Below, one piece after another: positions 46,022 through 56,757 of a stretch of DNA of 64,000 bases. Position 1 is the stretch's first letter; every line of letters starts with the position of its first letter. The notes beneath the pieces are model-generated. The model saw nothing but the letters and a program-made list of their open reading frames with translations. It ran no database searches and was not told where the DNA came from. Source of the stretch: Cyanophora paradoxa CCMP329 (lineage: Eukaryota; Plantae; Glaucophyta); assembly GCA_004431415.1 (NCBI GenBank), contig QPMI01000563.1, positions 1-64,000 on the forward strand, in the 5' to 3' direction. The position numbers were made by a program, and so were the translations under genes.

Positions 46022-49000
46022 CTGACTGGGGGGTGCGCGGCAGCCTCGTGGCGGCGCTGGAGCGGGACGGAGGCGACCCGGAGGGGCCCCCCTCCAGGCC
46101 CCTCGCCCTCTTCCTCGAGGTCCCCGCACCCCTCCTTCCCTCGAGGCACCCACGCCGCGCCCCGCCGAATCCCGTACCCCCAGGACGCCCAGTGGGTCGA
46201 CTCGGCGAGCTGGATCGTGGCGCGCTGCCTGCGCGACCTCTGCCCGCGCCTCCTCGTGCGCCGTACCCCCTCGGGCCGGCCCTGCGGCGCCGCGCGGCTC
46301 GAGCCGGGGGCGGCAGCTGGTGATCACGACGCGGCCGCTGGCGGACCCGCCGCGGGACTTCCTGCTCCTCTCGGGGCAGCTCGTCGACGAGGCCGGCCAG
46401 ATCCTCTCCGACAAGGCGCCCCCGGCCCCCTCCCCTCCCCGCCCCCTTCTTCCTCTGAGGGCGCCCGCGCAGGCGAGGGATTCGCCGCCGGCCTCGCTCC
46501 TCGCGCAGCAGGCGCGCGGGGGCGCCGCGGGCTCCTCCCCCGGGGCGGCGCGCCCCGCCGAGGTCGTCTTCGCGCGGGGCCCGCGAGCCCGACGAGCCCC
46601 ACGAGCCCGCACGAACCGCCCCGGCCGCCCCCGCGCCGCCCGGGGCCGCCCTCGGCGCTGCGGCTGGCGCCCCTGCGGGGCCCCGCGGAGGTCGTCTTCC
46701 TGCGGCTCGGGCCCCTGGCGCGGGAGGCGGCGCTGGCGCTCCTCACGTGAGTGGCGCTGCGCTCAGTGAGCGGAGCGGAGGGGCGAGGGTCTCACTCGGG
46801 AGGGCAGGAACCTCTCGGCGCGCATGGGCGTCGTGTGGCCGGCGGCGGCGGAGGCGGCTGTGCTGGAGAAGGCCGGCGGCGTGCCCCTCTTCCTCGTCGA
46901 GCTCTGCCGCCAGGTCGCCCCGGCCCCGGGGGCGCGGCCGCCCCGCTGACTCCGCCCGCCCGCAGCTGCGGCAGACGGGCCCCGAGACCGTGATGGCCCT
47001 CCTCAGGTCCGGCAGCTTCGCCGTCCCCGACACGGTCCGCCCGCCCGCCCGCCCCGCCCCGCCCCGCCCCGCAATCGAGGCAGGCCCGCCTCACGCCGCC
47101 CCGCGGCAACCGCAGATCCAGCAGATCATCCTGTCGCGGGCGGACCGGCTCTCGGCGGCGGCGCAGGCCGTCCTCAAGCTCGCCGCCGTCGTCGGCTCCG
47201 ACTTCTCCTGCGAGGCGAGGCCGCCCGCGCCCCGCCCCGCCCCGCCCCGCCCCGCCCCGCGCCGCTGATCCGGCGGCAGGCGGTGTGCGCGATCGACCCG
47301 ACGGGGGAGGGCGGGATGGGCCCCGCGAACGTCTGGCAGGCCGTCCTCGAGCTCCGCATGGCCGGCCTCGTCGCCGTCCGCCCCCGCCCCCGCCCCGCCC
47401 CCGCCGCCCCCGCGGCCCCTCACGCGGGGGGGCGCAGGAGCGGGACGCGGAGCCGCGGATCGACGCCTTTGGGTGGGGCGGGCCGGGGCCCAACCGCCCC
47501 TTCAACTTCCTCCACAACCTCATGCGGGTGCCCCGCCGCCCTCCACAGCCGCCTCCAGCCGTTCCCCTGGAGGCGCGCGCTGAGGGCGGGGCGGGCAGGA
47601 CACGATCTACGGGGCGATCCCCGGGGCGAACCGGCGGGAGATCCACGGGCGGCTGGCGCGCTGGCTCGAGGCGCGCAGCAAGGAGCGGCGAGACCCCCTC
47701 GACCCCGCCGTCCTCGCGTGCGCCCGCCCCGCTGCCCCCTCGCCGCTCCCGCCACGCGGGGCCGAGCGAGGGGCGGGGCCAGGCTGCACTGGCGGGCGGC
47801 GGACCAGACGGCCCGGGGCCTCGCCTACCTCGACCGCGCCGCCCGCCAGGTCCCCCCGCCCCGCCGCACAGCGCAGCGCATCGCCTCGCCGGCGCGAGGC
47901 TCGGCGGCAGGCGCTGCGGGCGAACGCGTTCGTGGAGGCGCGGCGCATGTTCGCCGACCTCTGCGTCTCCATCGACGAGGCCCGCCCCGCCCCCCGCCCC
48001 GCGACGGCCCTACGCTCACCCGGCGCGCCCCGCAGGCTGGGCTCGCCGGCCCGCGGTGACGCCCTCCCTAAGAGCCTCCGCGCCACCGCCCCCGCCGGCC
48101 AGGCGCGGCCCCTCCCCCTCGCCGCCCCTCCTCGCGCCCTCGCCCCCGCTCACCGGGCGCGGCGAGCAGGCGGCGCGGCGCGCCTCCGTCGCAGCCAGCG
48201 GGCCCAGCGCCGTCCGCCCCGCCCCGCCCCGCCCCGCCCCGCCTCCCCTCAGCGGCGCCGGCGGCTCACCTGGGGCGCGCAGCCGGCGTACTACACGGAG
48301 GCGGACGAGGACGAGTGGGCGCGCTGGGCGATGATCCGCGCCTCTGCCCTCCGGTGCCCCCGCCGCGGAGCCCGACGCCTCGGCCCCGCCCCGCGCCGCC
48401 GGGGGCGCGCGTGACGCCGGCGTGTCGCGCAGGAGCTGGGCGATGATCGAGTACCGGATGGGGCGCCTCACCCTCTCCGCCGACCTCGCGGTGCGGGGCG
48501 CCCCTCGCGAGGGGCGCGGACCGCGGGGGCCCGACCCCCTGGGGCGCAGCTGAACTGCCTGGAGAGCCTCGGGGAGCGGCTGCCGCGGGACGCCTCCCTC
48601 CTCCGCAACCTGGGCACCCTCGGGCGCCTCGCCCGCCTGGCCCTCCGCCAGCTCGGCGCCCCCGTGCCCCGCCGCGGCGTCCCCCGCTGGCTCCTCCTCG
48701 TGCGCCCCCCCGCCCCCAGGGCCCCGGGCGCGCCCCTCCCGAGCCCCCGCCGGCAGCCCGAGTCCCAGGAGGCGCGCACGGCCATCCTCGACTGCCTCGT
48801 CATCGTCGTCTGGTGCCGCCCCCGCCTGCTCCGGCGCCGGCCTCGCCCCGCGCTGAAGCGCGGGGCGGCAGGGTCGGGGTGAAGGGGGCGCTGCGGGGCG
48901 CGGGGGCGGCGTACGGGACGGTCCTCGCCGGCCTCGTGCGCGCCATGGAGCTCTCCTCCGCCACCCCCTTCGAGGTGCTTTTGCTTCGCGCCCCCTCGCG

Positions 49001-51173
49001 GCCCACGCGGGATGCCCCCGGCGCGGGGCCGGCGTGACGGGCCCCGGCGCCGCAGCTGCTCGCGCTCCCGGACGTGCGCGTCCGCAGCAACTACTGCTCC
49101 GCCCTCGAAAGTGCGCTCCCCCTCGCCCCGCCTCGCCCCGCCCGCCCTACCTCACCACCCCCCCCCGCACAGTGCTCGGCATGCGGAGCCTCGCCAAGTC
49201 CGTGGAGCGCCAGGTACCCCCCTGCAGTCCTCCCTCGCCCGTCCCTTCTCACGCCTTCGAGCAGGTGGAGGAGCTGGCGGATCAGCTGGACGACGACGCG
49301 GTGTGCCCTTTCCTTTCCTTTCATTGCCTTTCCTTTCCTTTCCTTTCCTTTTTCTTTCTTTTCTAAGAGGCGGGGGCAGGTGCGGATGGTGGTCACGGGG
49401 AACGCGGCGCTGCGGCTGTGCACGGCGGGGCGCTTCAAGGACGGCCTCCAGCAGCTCCGCGCCTGGCGCGCCCCGCCCCCGCCCCCGCCCCCGCGCGCCC
49501 GAGCGGGGGGCGGATGGGGCGCTGAGGCTCGGGGCAGCATCGGGTACGGGGGCGACCAGCTGGCGTCGGACCCGCAGGTCTTCCTCGCCATCGGCCTCGC
49601 CCTCGCCGTGCGCTCCCTCCGCAGCAGGCCGCCCCGGGCCCGCGCCGCCGGCCTGAGGCGCGGCCCCGGGGCAGGGGACCTGGCGGGGGCGGCGGTGGCC
49701 TGCGAGGACGCCCTCGCCGGCTTCTCCCGCTTCGGCATGGAGGAGATGAGGCCCGCCCGCACCCCGCCGGCGCCCCCCGCCGGCGCCGCCTGAGGGCGGG
49801 CGGGGGCAGCATGGTGCTGGTCTCGGTGGTGGACGGCTGGTGCTCCCTCCTCGCCCGCCACGACGACCATGTGCGCGAACCGCCCCGCCGAGGGGCCCCC
49901 CGCCCCACTCCTGAGCCCCGGCCCCGGCCCGGCGCCCGCAGGCGGCGCTGCTGGTGCGGCGGGCGGAGCAGAGCGCGGCGGGCGGCAGCGAGAGCCTGCG
50001 CGCCGCCGGCTGGTACCTCGAGACGATCCGCTGCATCGGTGCGGCGGCGCCGGCGCGGGTGGCGCGCCTGAGGCGAGGAGCTGACGCGGGGGGCGGCAGG
50101 GGCGGTGCTGGCGCTGCGGCGGGGGACCTCGAGGGCGCCCGCGAGGCCGTCGCCCGCGCCGCCGCCTTCTGGCGCGCCCAGGCCAAGACCGTCATCTGGA
50201 CCTCCCTCCGTGCGCCCCGCCCCGCCCCGCCCCGAGAAGAACGCGAGGGGGAGAGAGGAGGCGGGGGAGAAGGGCCTGTGCTCGAACGGGGCGCACGCCC
50301 TGGCGCGCTGCTGAGGGTGCGGGGCAGCGGCGATCGCGGTCGTCCTCGACTTCGCCCTCTGGTCCTCCTCCCGCACCCGCGAGCGCCTCGAGGCAGCCGG
50401 CGGCGCCCTCCCGCCCCGCCCCGCCTTGGCTGGCGCCGCCTCCTCCCCTCCGCCCTCTGCGGCAGGCGCCCGCGGCCCGGCGAGCGGGGCGGGCCGGCGA
50501 AGGCCGCGGGGCCCCGGCCGGAGTCCTCCGCCACTCAGTCTGGCGAGGCGGCGAGCCGGCGGCAGAGCGCGGCGGCCTCCTCATCGGGGGCCCCGCGGCG
50601 CCCCAGCGTGCTGAACCCGGGGAACGTGCCGGTGTCGGTGCCGGGGACGGCGGCGGCGACGCGGCGGCCCTCGGCGGCCGTGCACCCCTACGTCGAGGCC
50701 CTCCCCGTCGAGGACGAGGGCGAGGAGGGCGGGCGGGAGGGCCCCTCCCCGGTGCCCGCCACGCCTCTCCCCCCCCCCCCCCTCTGAAGGCTGCGCAGGA
50801 GGTGCGGGAGGCGGCGGAGCGGGCGGAGGCGTTCGCGGGGGAGGTGCTGGAGCTCCTCGAGGCGACCGCGCGGCGCCGCCTCCCCGCCCTCCGCCCCTTC
50901 TGCGACCTTGCCCGCGCCCAGCGCCCCGGCACGCCCCCCGAGCGCCGCCTCGCGCTGCTGCGGGCGGCGCTGGCCGGCTTCGGGGAGAGCGCGCTGCAGC
51001 CCTTGGAGGCGCTCGCGTACCTGCACCTCGCGCAGGCCCTCCAGCCGGGGGACCCCGCCGGCGCCGCCGAGGCCCTCGACGCCGCCGCCCGCATCGCCTC
51101 CGACACCGGCCTCCGCATCCCCGCCTCCGACGCGCCCCTCCGCCCCGCAGGCTACATCTCCCTCTTCGTCTAG
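41872..51173 (+). CDS. Soluble adenylyl cyclase (ADCY10/sAC)-like protein: two class III cyclase domains, STAND P-loop NTPase, helical repeats
   Basis: C1: LLVD/VAGFSSL...LNEYM...QYLGDA; C2: VNKVMIDEK/GASAIIGFG, TFCGSLG, IGDCVILA/ARLM, VKGFSDPVPVF; NTPase: LGREGEL, VEGDAGYGK/T, DAQWVDSASW, AGGVPLFLVEL, FLHNLMR/DTIYG. Confidence 0.92.
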
Positions 51174-51751
51174 CCCGCCCGCCCCCGCCTCTCTCCCTCC
51201 TCTCCGTCTCTAATGCCTCTTCGCCTTTGATCTTCGATCGCTGCCCCGCTGAAGCTTCCCGGCTTTTCTCATGCGCTCTATGTATTCTGTATGTATTCTG
51301 TATGTATCCTGTAAGCTAGACTAGATCAGTATCGACATCATCCATATGTACGTGTACACGCAGGTGACAGTGTGTGGATCTGAGGTTGCATTTGATCGTG
51401 ACACGTGATGTTCGCTAGCAGTGGGGCCGCGCGCAATCGCCCAACTGAGCGAACTCGATCTTTTCGATCATCATGATCAGGCGCTTAGATCGAAGCTTGC
51501 TTTTAATTGCCAAGTTGAGCTAGGAGCAATGCGATCGTTTCAAGTTTCAATCAAGCACGACCAAAACACGCACGCAAATCACCTATATACGCACGCGTGC
51601 AACTGCAGCGCCGGCGCGCGCGGCTCTCATGATCATGAGCTGGACGACCCGATCAAATTTGCCTTTATCGCGTACCCTTGCGCTAGCAAAAAAAGAGAAC
51701 CCGTAGGCCACTGAGGCCAGCGCCGCCCAGCGGCCAGCGAGGAGATCAGCG

Positions 51752-53207
51752 ATGCCGCCAATAGAGTTATGGGGAGGAGGGGAAGCGGCCGTGCTTGCCC
51801 CTAGACCATGTGACCCAGCCGGCGCCATCCAACACCACGAGGCGGTCGCCGCCGGCGCCGAGATCAAGCCGGCACAGTGCTTCCTGAACATTCTATGGAT
51901 TGTGCGCACTCCCCCGTCGCCAGTCGTCTCACGCCAGCCCAGTTGGGCAACGGGCGCTTCGCTAGAGCCGCCTCACCCCCGCGCGCCATTCCAAGCCGCG
52001 CCTCCGGGCTGATTCACTTTTTCAGCACGATCCGGCGTCAACAAATATGGCCTTCTGCGAGGCCGCCCGCACTCTTTCTCGGCGGGGGTGGGGTCTGGAC
52101 ATGGCGCCCAGCCCCTCGGCCGCCCTCTCCAGGTTGCTGAGCAGTAGCACTCCCTATGGCGCATGCGTGGTGGACTGGTGCGACAGCGACGACGCCGAGT
52201 CCCGCCGGATCGCTGTTATACAAGAACTGTCATCCCGCTTGGGCGTTGTGGTCTTTAAGCCCAGCGAGCACTACCCAACTAAAGCAGAGCGTGAAGAGTT
52301 CGCTACGCTGCGTGAAACGTGCCTCCGGTGCGCATCGCGTCCCTGGATCCCTTCGCCGCATCTGACCGGCATGTCAGCGCCGGCGCCTCGGAAGTCGTGC
52401 AGGACGAGGCCTCGCTCGACACGGCTCTCGGCCAAGCAGCAAACGTCCCCAGCTTCATCCTGTACGGTGCGCCGTCCGCCCGGCTCGCTCGCCGGCGCTG
52501 ACCGGTCTTCCTGCAGCGATGCCGTGCGGGCCACTCTCGGAGCAGCTCCAGGCATTTCAGGACGAAGTTCTCGAAACCTTTGGGCGGAACCGGCAGCACG
52601 AGTACTGGCCGTGCGCCCCGCCGCCCATGCTCGCTTGCCTGTCTTTCCCTGACCGCGCGCAGGCACTGCACGCTCACCGGCTTCTTCCGCACCGCCCGCC
52701 CCGGCGCGCTCCGGCCCCTTCTCGTCGAGTCCTTCCTCCGCACGGTGCGGCTGGGCGGCAGCGGCCCTTCTTCTTCCTTGCTTTCCGCGCCGGGCAAACC
52801 GGGGGCGGCGCAGGTCGAGGCGAACCCGAACCTGAGGCGGCCGGAGCTGCTCTTCAAGGTCAGGGAGAACAACGGTGCGGCCTGCAGCTCCCCTCGCCCC
52901 CCCGCTCGCCCCGCGGCGCTCACGCGGGTCGCGCGCAGTGCGGATGGACCTGGCGCAGACGGAGGACCTGGAGCGGTTCGCGGGGGACTTCCGGGAGCGG
53001 GTGCGGGGGCACGCGGCGGGGGTGCGCGTCAAGGGCGGCCTCCACGTGAGCATGGCGCACGGCTTCGACCCGCGCCACCAGGCCGCCATCGAGGCCCTCG
53101 CCCGCGAGCGCGTCGACCCCGCCGCCGAGGTCCGCTGGGAGCTCCGCCTCTACGAGCGCCTCGGTCGCGACGGCTGGACCGTCCTCGCTGCCACCGACCT
53201 CGCCTGA
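51752..53207 (+). CDS. Receiver (REC)-like domain fused to a 2H phosphoesterase
   Basis: Spliced NILWI/HDPASTN...LSRRGW...AALSRLL...CVVDW...VVVF...GASEVV fits a REC pattern; WP/HCTLTGFF and LHVSMAHGF are the two HxT/S motifs; WELRLYER as in UBASH3-type 2H domains. Confidence 0.8.
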
Positions 53208-53600
53208 GCCGCCGGCCCGCATGCACAGTCCGGCCCCCCTCCGCACTCCGACGCCCGGCGCGCCCTGTACAGACCAGACCTCGGCGCGCCCCCTCGGGCC
53301 TGTTGTACCATTACACCCTCGCTTCCTGTCGCTTCGGACACTGTAGATCGCTTCTTTTTTTCTTCTGCTTGTGATAGGGTATAATCGTTTTCCTGCGAGC
53401 TTTGTGCTCCTTTCGATCCGTTCAAGCGGGCTGCGCCCGTTCATACTGTATAGCGCTGCAATTGCGTTGCCCATTGCTGGTAGCCTTGTCACCCCGTGTA
53501 ACATTACGTTTAATGATTGTTTGTACTACGGTAGCTCGCTACATGCATGTTTCTTTCTGCGCATCTATTCAAATCTACACCCAAAACATCCAAAAGAAAG

Positions 53601-55585
53601 TCAGTCGTGCACAAGTCCTATCCTGCGGCGACGGGTGGAGCCCCCGGGGGGCGCCAGATGACTCTGTGCGGCCGCGCGCGAGGAGATCATCGGAAGGGCG
53701 TACGCCGCTCGCCGACAAACAGCCGCACCTGTTCCGGCCCTGGAAAGGGAGAAACGTTTCTTGCGCGGACGGCCCCGCCAGCGCCCTGCGCCGAGCGGGG
53801 AGTGAGGCGCGCGGGTACACGATGCGGAGGTGAAAGAGGGCCGCGGCGCACTTGAGGTACTCGACTAGATGGGGGTACGTGATCACGGGCTCGCCCCCGG
53901 GCCGCCGCCGCTCGGTGAAGAGGGAGGGGAAGACGCAGCAGGGCACCACGGCGAAGGGGACGCTGGGGGGCGTGGGCGGAGGCGGGGTGCGGGAGGGAGG
54001 GCCGAGGGGGGCGCGCGGACCCCAGGCGGAGGGCGACCTTCACGATCGGGTCGGTGGCCTGGTCGGGGTGCAGCCCGACGACCTGCGGGGGGCCCGCCGC
54101 CGGCGCCGGTGAGGGGCCACGGGTGACGCGGGCTGGTCGCGGGCGCGCGCGCGCACGGCGGAGCAGGAGCGGAGAAGGGCGGCGGCCTCGCCCTCCGCCC
54201 CCGCCTCCACCAGCGCCTCCGAGAACTCCCGCTCGATGCGCCGGAAGCGCCGCCGCGCGCCCGCTCCGCATCCCCCGCCCGGCGCCGCCTCCGACGGCAA
54301 GGCGGGCGGGGCGGGGCCAGGGCCCCGGCCGCCGCCACCGCCGAGCTTCTTGAGGGCGCGCGCGAGCGTCACCAGCGTCCCGCCGTCCTCCCGCCTCGGG
54401 TCGACCACCGTGCAGCGCACCCCGTGCACCTGCGCGCGCGACCGGCGCCGCTCGGATCAGAGGGCCGCGGCTCCAACGGACCCCGGGCCGGGCTACCTCG
54501 GAGAGGATGTGGGAGAGGAGCCCCTGGCCCCCTGTGCGGCGTCAGCGGGGCGGGGCGCGGGGAAGGGGAGCGGGGGCGAGCGGGCGCCTGCGACCTCGAC
54601 CACGCCCGAGCCCGACGAGAGGAGCTCCGCCCCGAAGGTCTCCACGAGCCTGCGCGCCCCCGGATCAATCAGAAGGCGGCCTGGAGACGAAAGCGACGCG
54701 AATGGGAGGGGCGCGCCAGGCGGCGAAGATGGCGGCGCGGTGGGACTTGCTGCTCTTGCTGTCGCCCTCGTGCGGGTCCTCCGGCTCCCGCGCCGCCTCC
54801 CGCTCCCGCGCCGCGCGCCCCCGGAACCGCATCACCGACTCCCGCTCCTCCTCCCCCGCGAACACGTGCCGGTACCTGCCCCCGCACCAGATCGAATTCA
54901 AGGAAGCGAGCGCGCGGGGCGGGGCGGTGGGGCGGACCCGCAGCCCTCCTTGGAGCACGCTAGGCCGCGGCGGAATGCCCTGCAGAGCGGCACCGCGGTC
55001 TGCCGGGCATGATCGCTGGCACCGGCGCCGGCGCCGGCGCCCTCGGTCAAGACCGCAGCCGCCGGCTCCGCCTCCGGCTCCTCCTGCAGCTCGGGGGGCA
55101 GCGGAGGGTACCTCCGAGGGCCCGCAAACGCGACCTTCATCGCATCGCCGGCCACAAGGCTGCTCCGCGCGATCAGATTGATGGCGCTGGGCACGAAGTT
55201 CAGCTCCTGCGCACGCGCGGTGTCAATGCGGCCGCGGCGAGAGAAAGTGGGGTCACGCGCAAGCGCTGCGTACGGCGCCGCGCTGGCCCCGGTAGACGAC
55301 GATGTCGCCCCGCATCTGCACCTCGTCCCCCGGCTGCAGCTTCGAGCCCTGCGCTGGCTGCTGCAGGAGATGGTCTTCGCGGCCGTCTTCGATGACAACC
55401 TTCCAACGCAGCCCGTCGGCTTCACCGTCCTCAGCCGGGAGGAGCACCTCCAGGATCAAAACCTTGCTACCGATCTTCGCCCGCCGCACGAGCGTTCCCC
55501 GGATTTCTTGATCGGCTTGGTACAGGGTCAGCGCTCCCCTCGCTCCCACTGCCTGGCGCGGCTCTCCGCCAGCTGCGGCCTCCAT
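53601..55585 (-). CDS. OB-like plus CCCH zinc finger plus SAM methyltransferase-like protein (distantly TRM44-like)
   Basis: LCRAFRRGLACSKEGC/RYRH; GVVEVAG/GQGLLS, CTVVDPR, VVGLHPDQATDPIV, PFAVVPCCVFP, LPFQGRN motifs. Confidence 0.78.
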
Positions 55586-55796
55586 TTGTTAACTGAGCTC
55601 CGTACACGTACGAAATGCTCCAGATCGACTTCCGCCGGGGCCCAGCATGCACAGCGACCTTAGCTACGACTCATGCAGCAGATCCATATGGCTAGATCTG
55701 CGTACGCGCACGTCGAACAGGCTGAACGGGCGAGCGACGGTACCCGGGACGTCGACTGAGGCGCTCCGCCGCGCTCGAGCTCAGCGGCTCACTGGC

Positions 55797-56679
55797 ATGC
55801 GGATTAGCCTCCTTGCGTTCGTCGTCGTGCTTTCATTGATGGCGGTGCGATTTAGACCGCGTGCTGGATTGCTGGCGCTCTGACCGGCCGGCCCGGCAGC
55901 TCACCTCGGCGGCGGGAGAGAAGAACGTGCTTGGCAGCGAGCTGCAAGTCTGCAGTACGCAGCCTTTGACTGGCTACTTCCGGTTAGCCAGCGAGCGCGT
56001 GCACGTGCTTGCACGTGCACGTGGCTCAAGTGTTGGCGCCGGCGCCTCGCGCAGCGATGGATACTGCCTGACCGGGCCTTCGGATACGGGGAGGCATGTC
56101 GTCTGCGCGCGCGTCACGGACGGTGCGCTGGCTTTATCGGCGGCTGATCGGACCGCGGCCGCGCCGGATCGAGGGGATTGAGTGCTGCCGCTCCGCCCGG
56201 CCTGCAGAGTTCCTTAGCTACACGCGGGCCCAGGGCAACGATCTTTCGACGCCGTCGCCCGCTTACAACTTTCCTGGGCTGCGGGACGGCGACCAGTGGT
56301 GCCTCTGCGCCAGCAGGGTGCGCCGCGTTGGCCTCGGATCCGGATCCCGGACCCGGCCCCTGCATCTGCGAGCGGGCGCGGGGCTCGGCGGCGATACCGG
56401 CCCCCTGCGGCGGCTGAGCAGCGGCGGGCGCAGTGGGCTGAGGCGAAGGCGGCGGGCGTGGCGCCGCCGGTGGACCTGGGGGCGACCCACGAGGCGGCGC
56501 TCAAGTACGTGCAGCGGGAGGCCCTGGAGTCGGCGCGGCTCCTCCCCCCCGAGGAGGGCGCGGGGGCCGGCGAGGGCGACGCCGCCTCGTTCGACGAGGA
56601 CAGCTCCGACGAGGCCGCCATCGACGGCGGCGAGCTCGCCTCCTTCGCCTTCGACGACACAGATTTCTACTTCGCTTAG
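55797..56679 (+). CDS. DUF2237 family protein with a signal-peptide-like N-terminus and an acidic tail
   Basis: KNVLGSELQVCSTQPLTGYFR/DGYCLTGPSDTGRHVVCARVTD/EFLSYTRAQGNDLSTP...FPGLRDGDQWCLCASR/WAEAKAAGVAPPVDLGATHEAAL. Confidence 0.92.
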
Positions 56680-56757
56680 GAAACTCTGAATTCTCGTGCG
56701 GCTTTAACTAAATTCTATGAAACTTCTAGGCCAGTGTACATTGAAATAGAGCAGCAG

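Noticed and set aside
51280-51312. 11-bp tandem repeat (tatgtattctg x3) and the aatcga run at ~41028-41052
   Set aside because: Ordinary microsatellite-like slippage in 3' regions; no evidence of function
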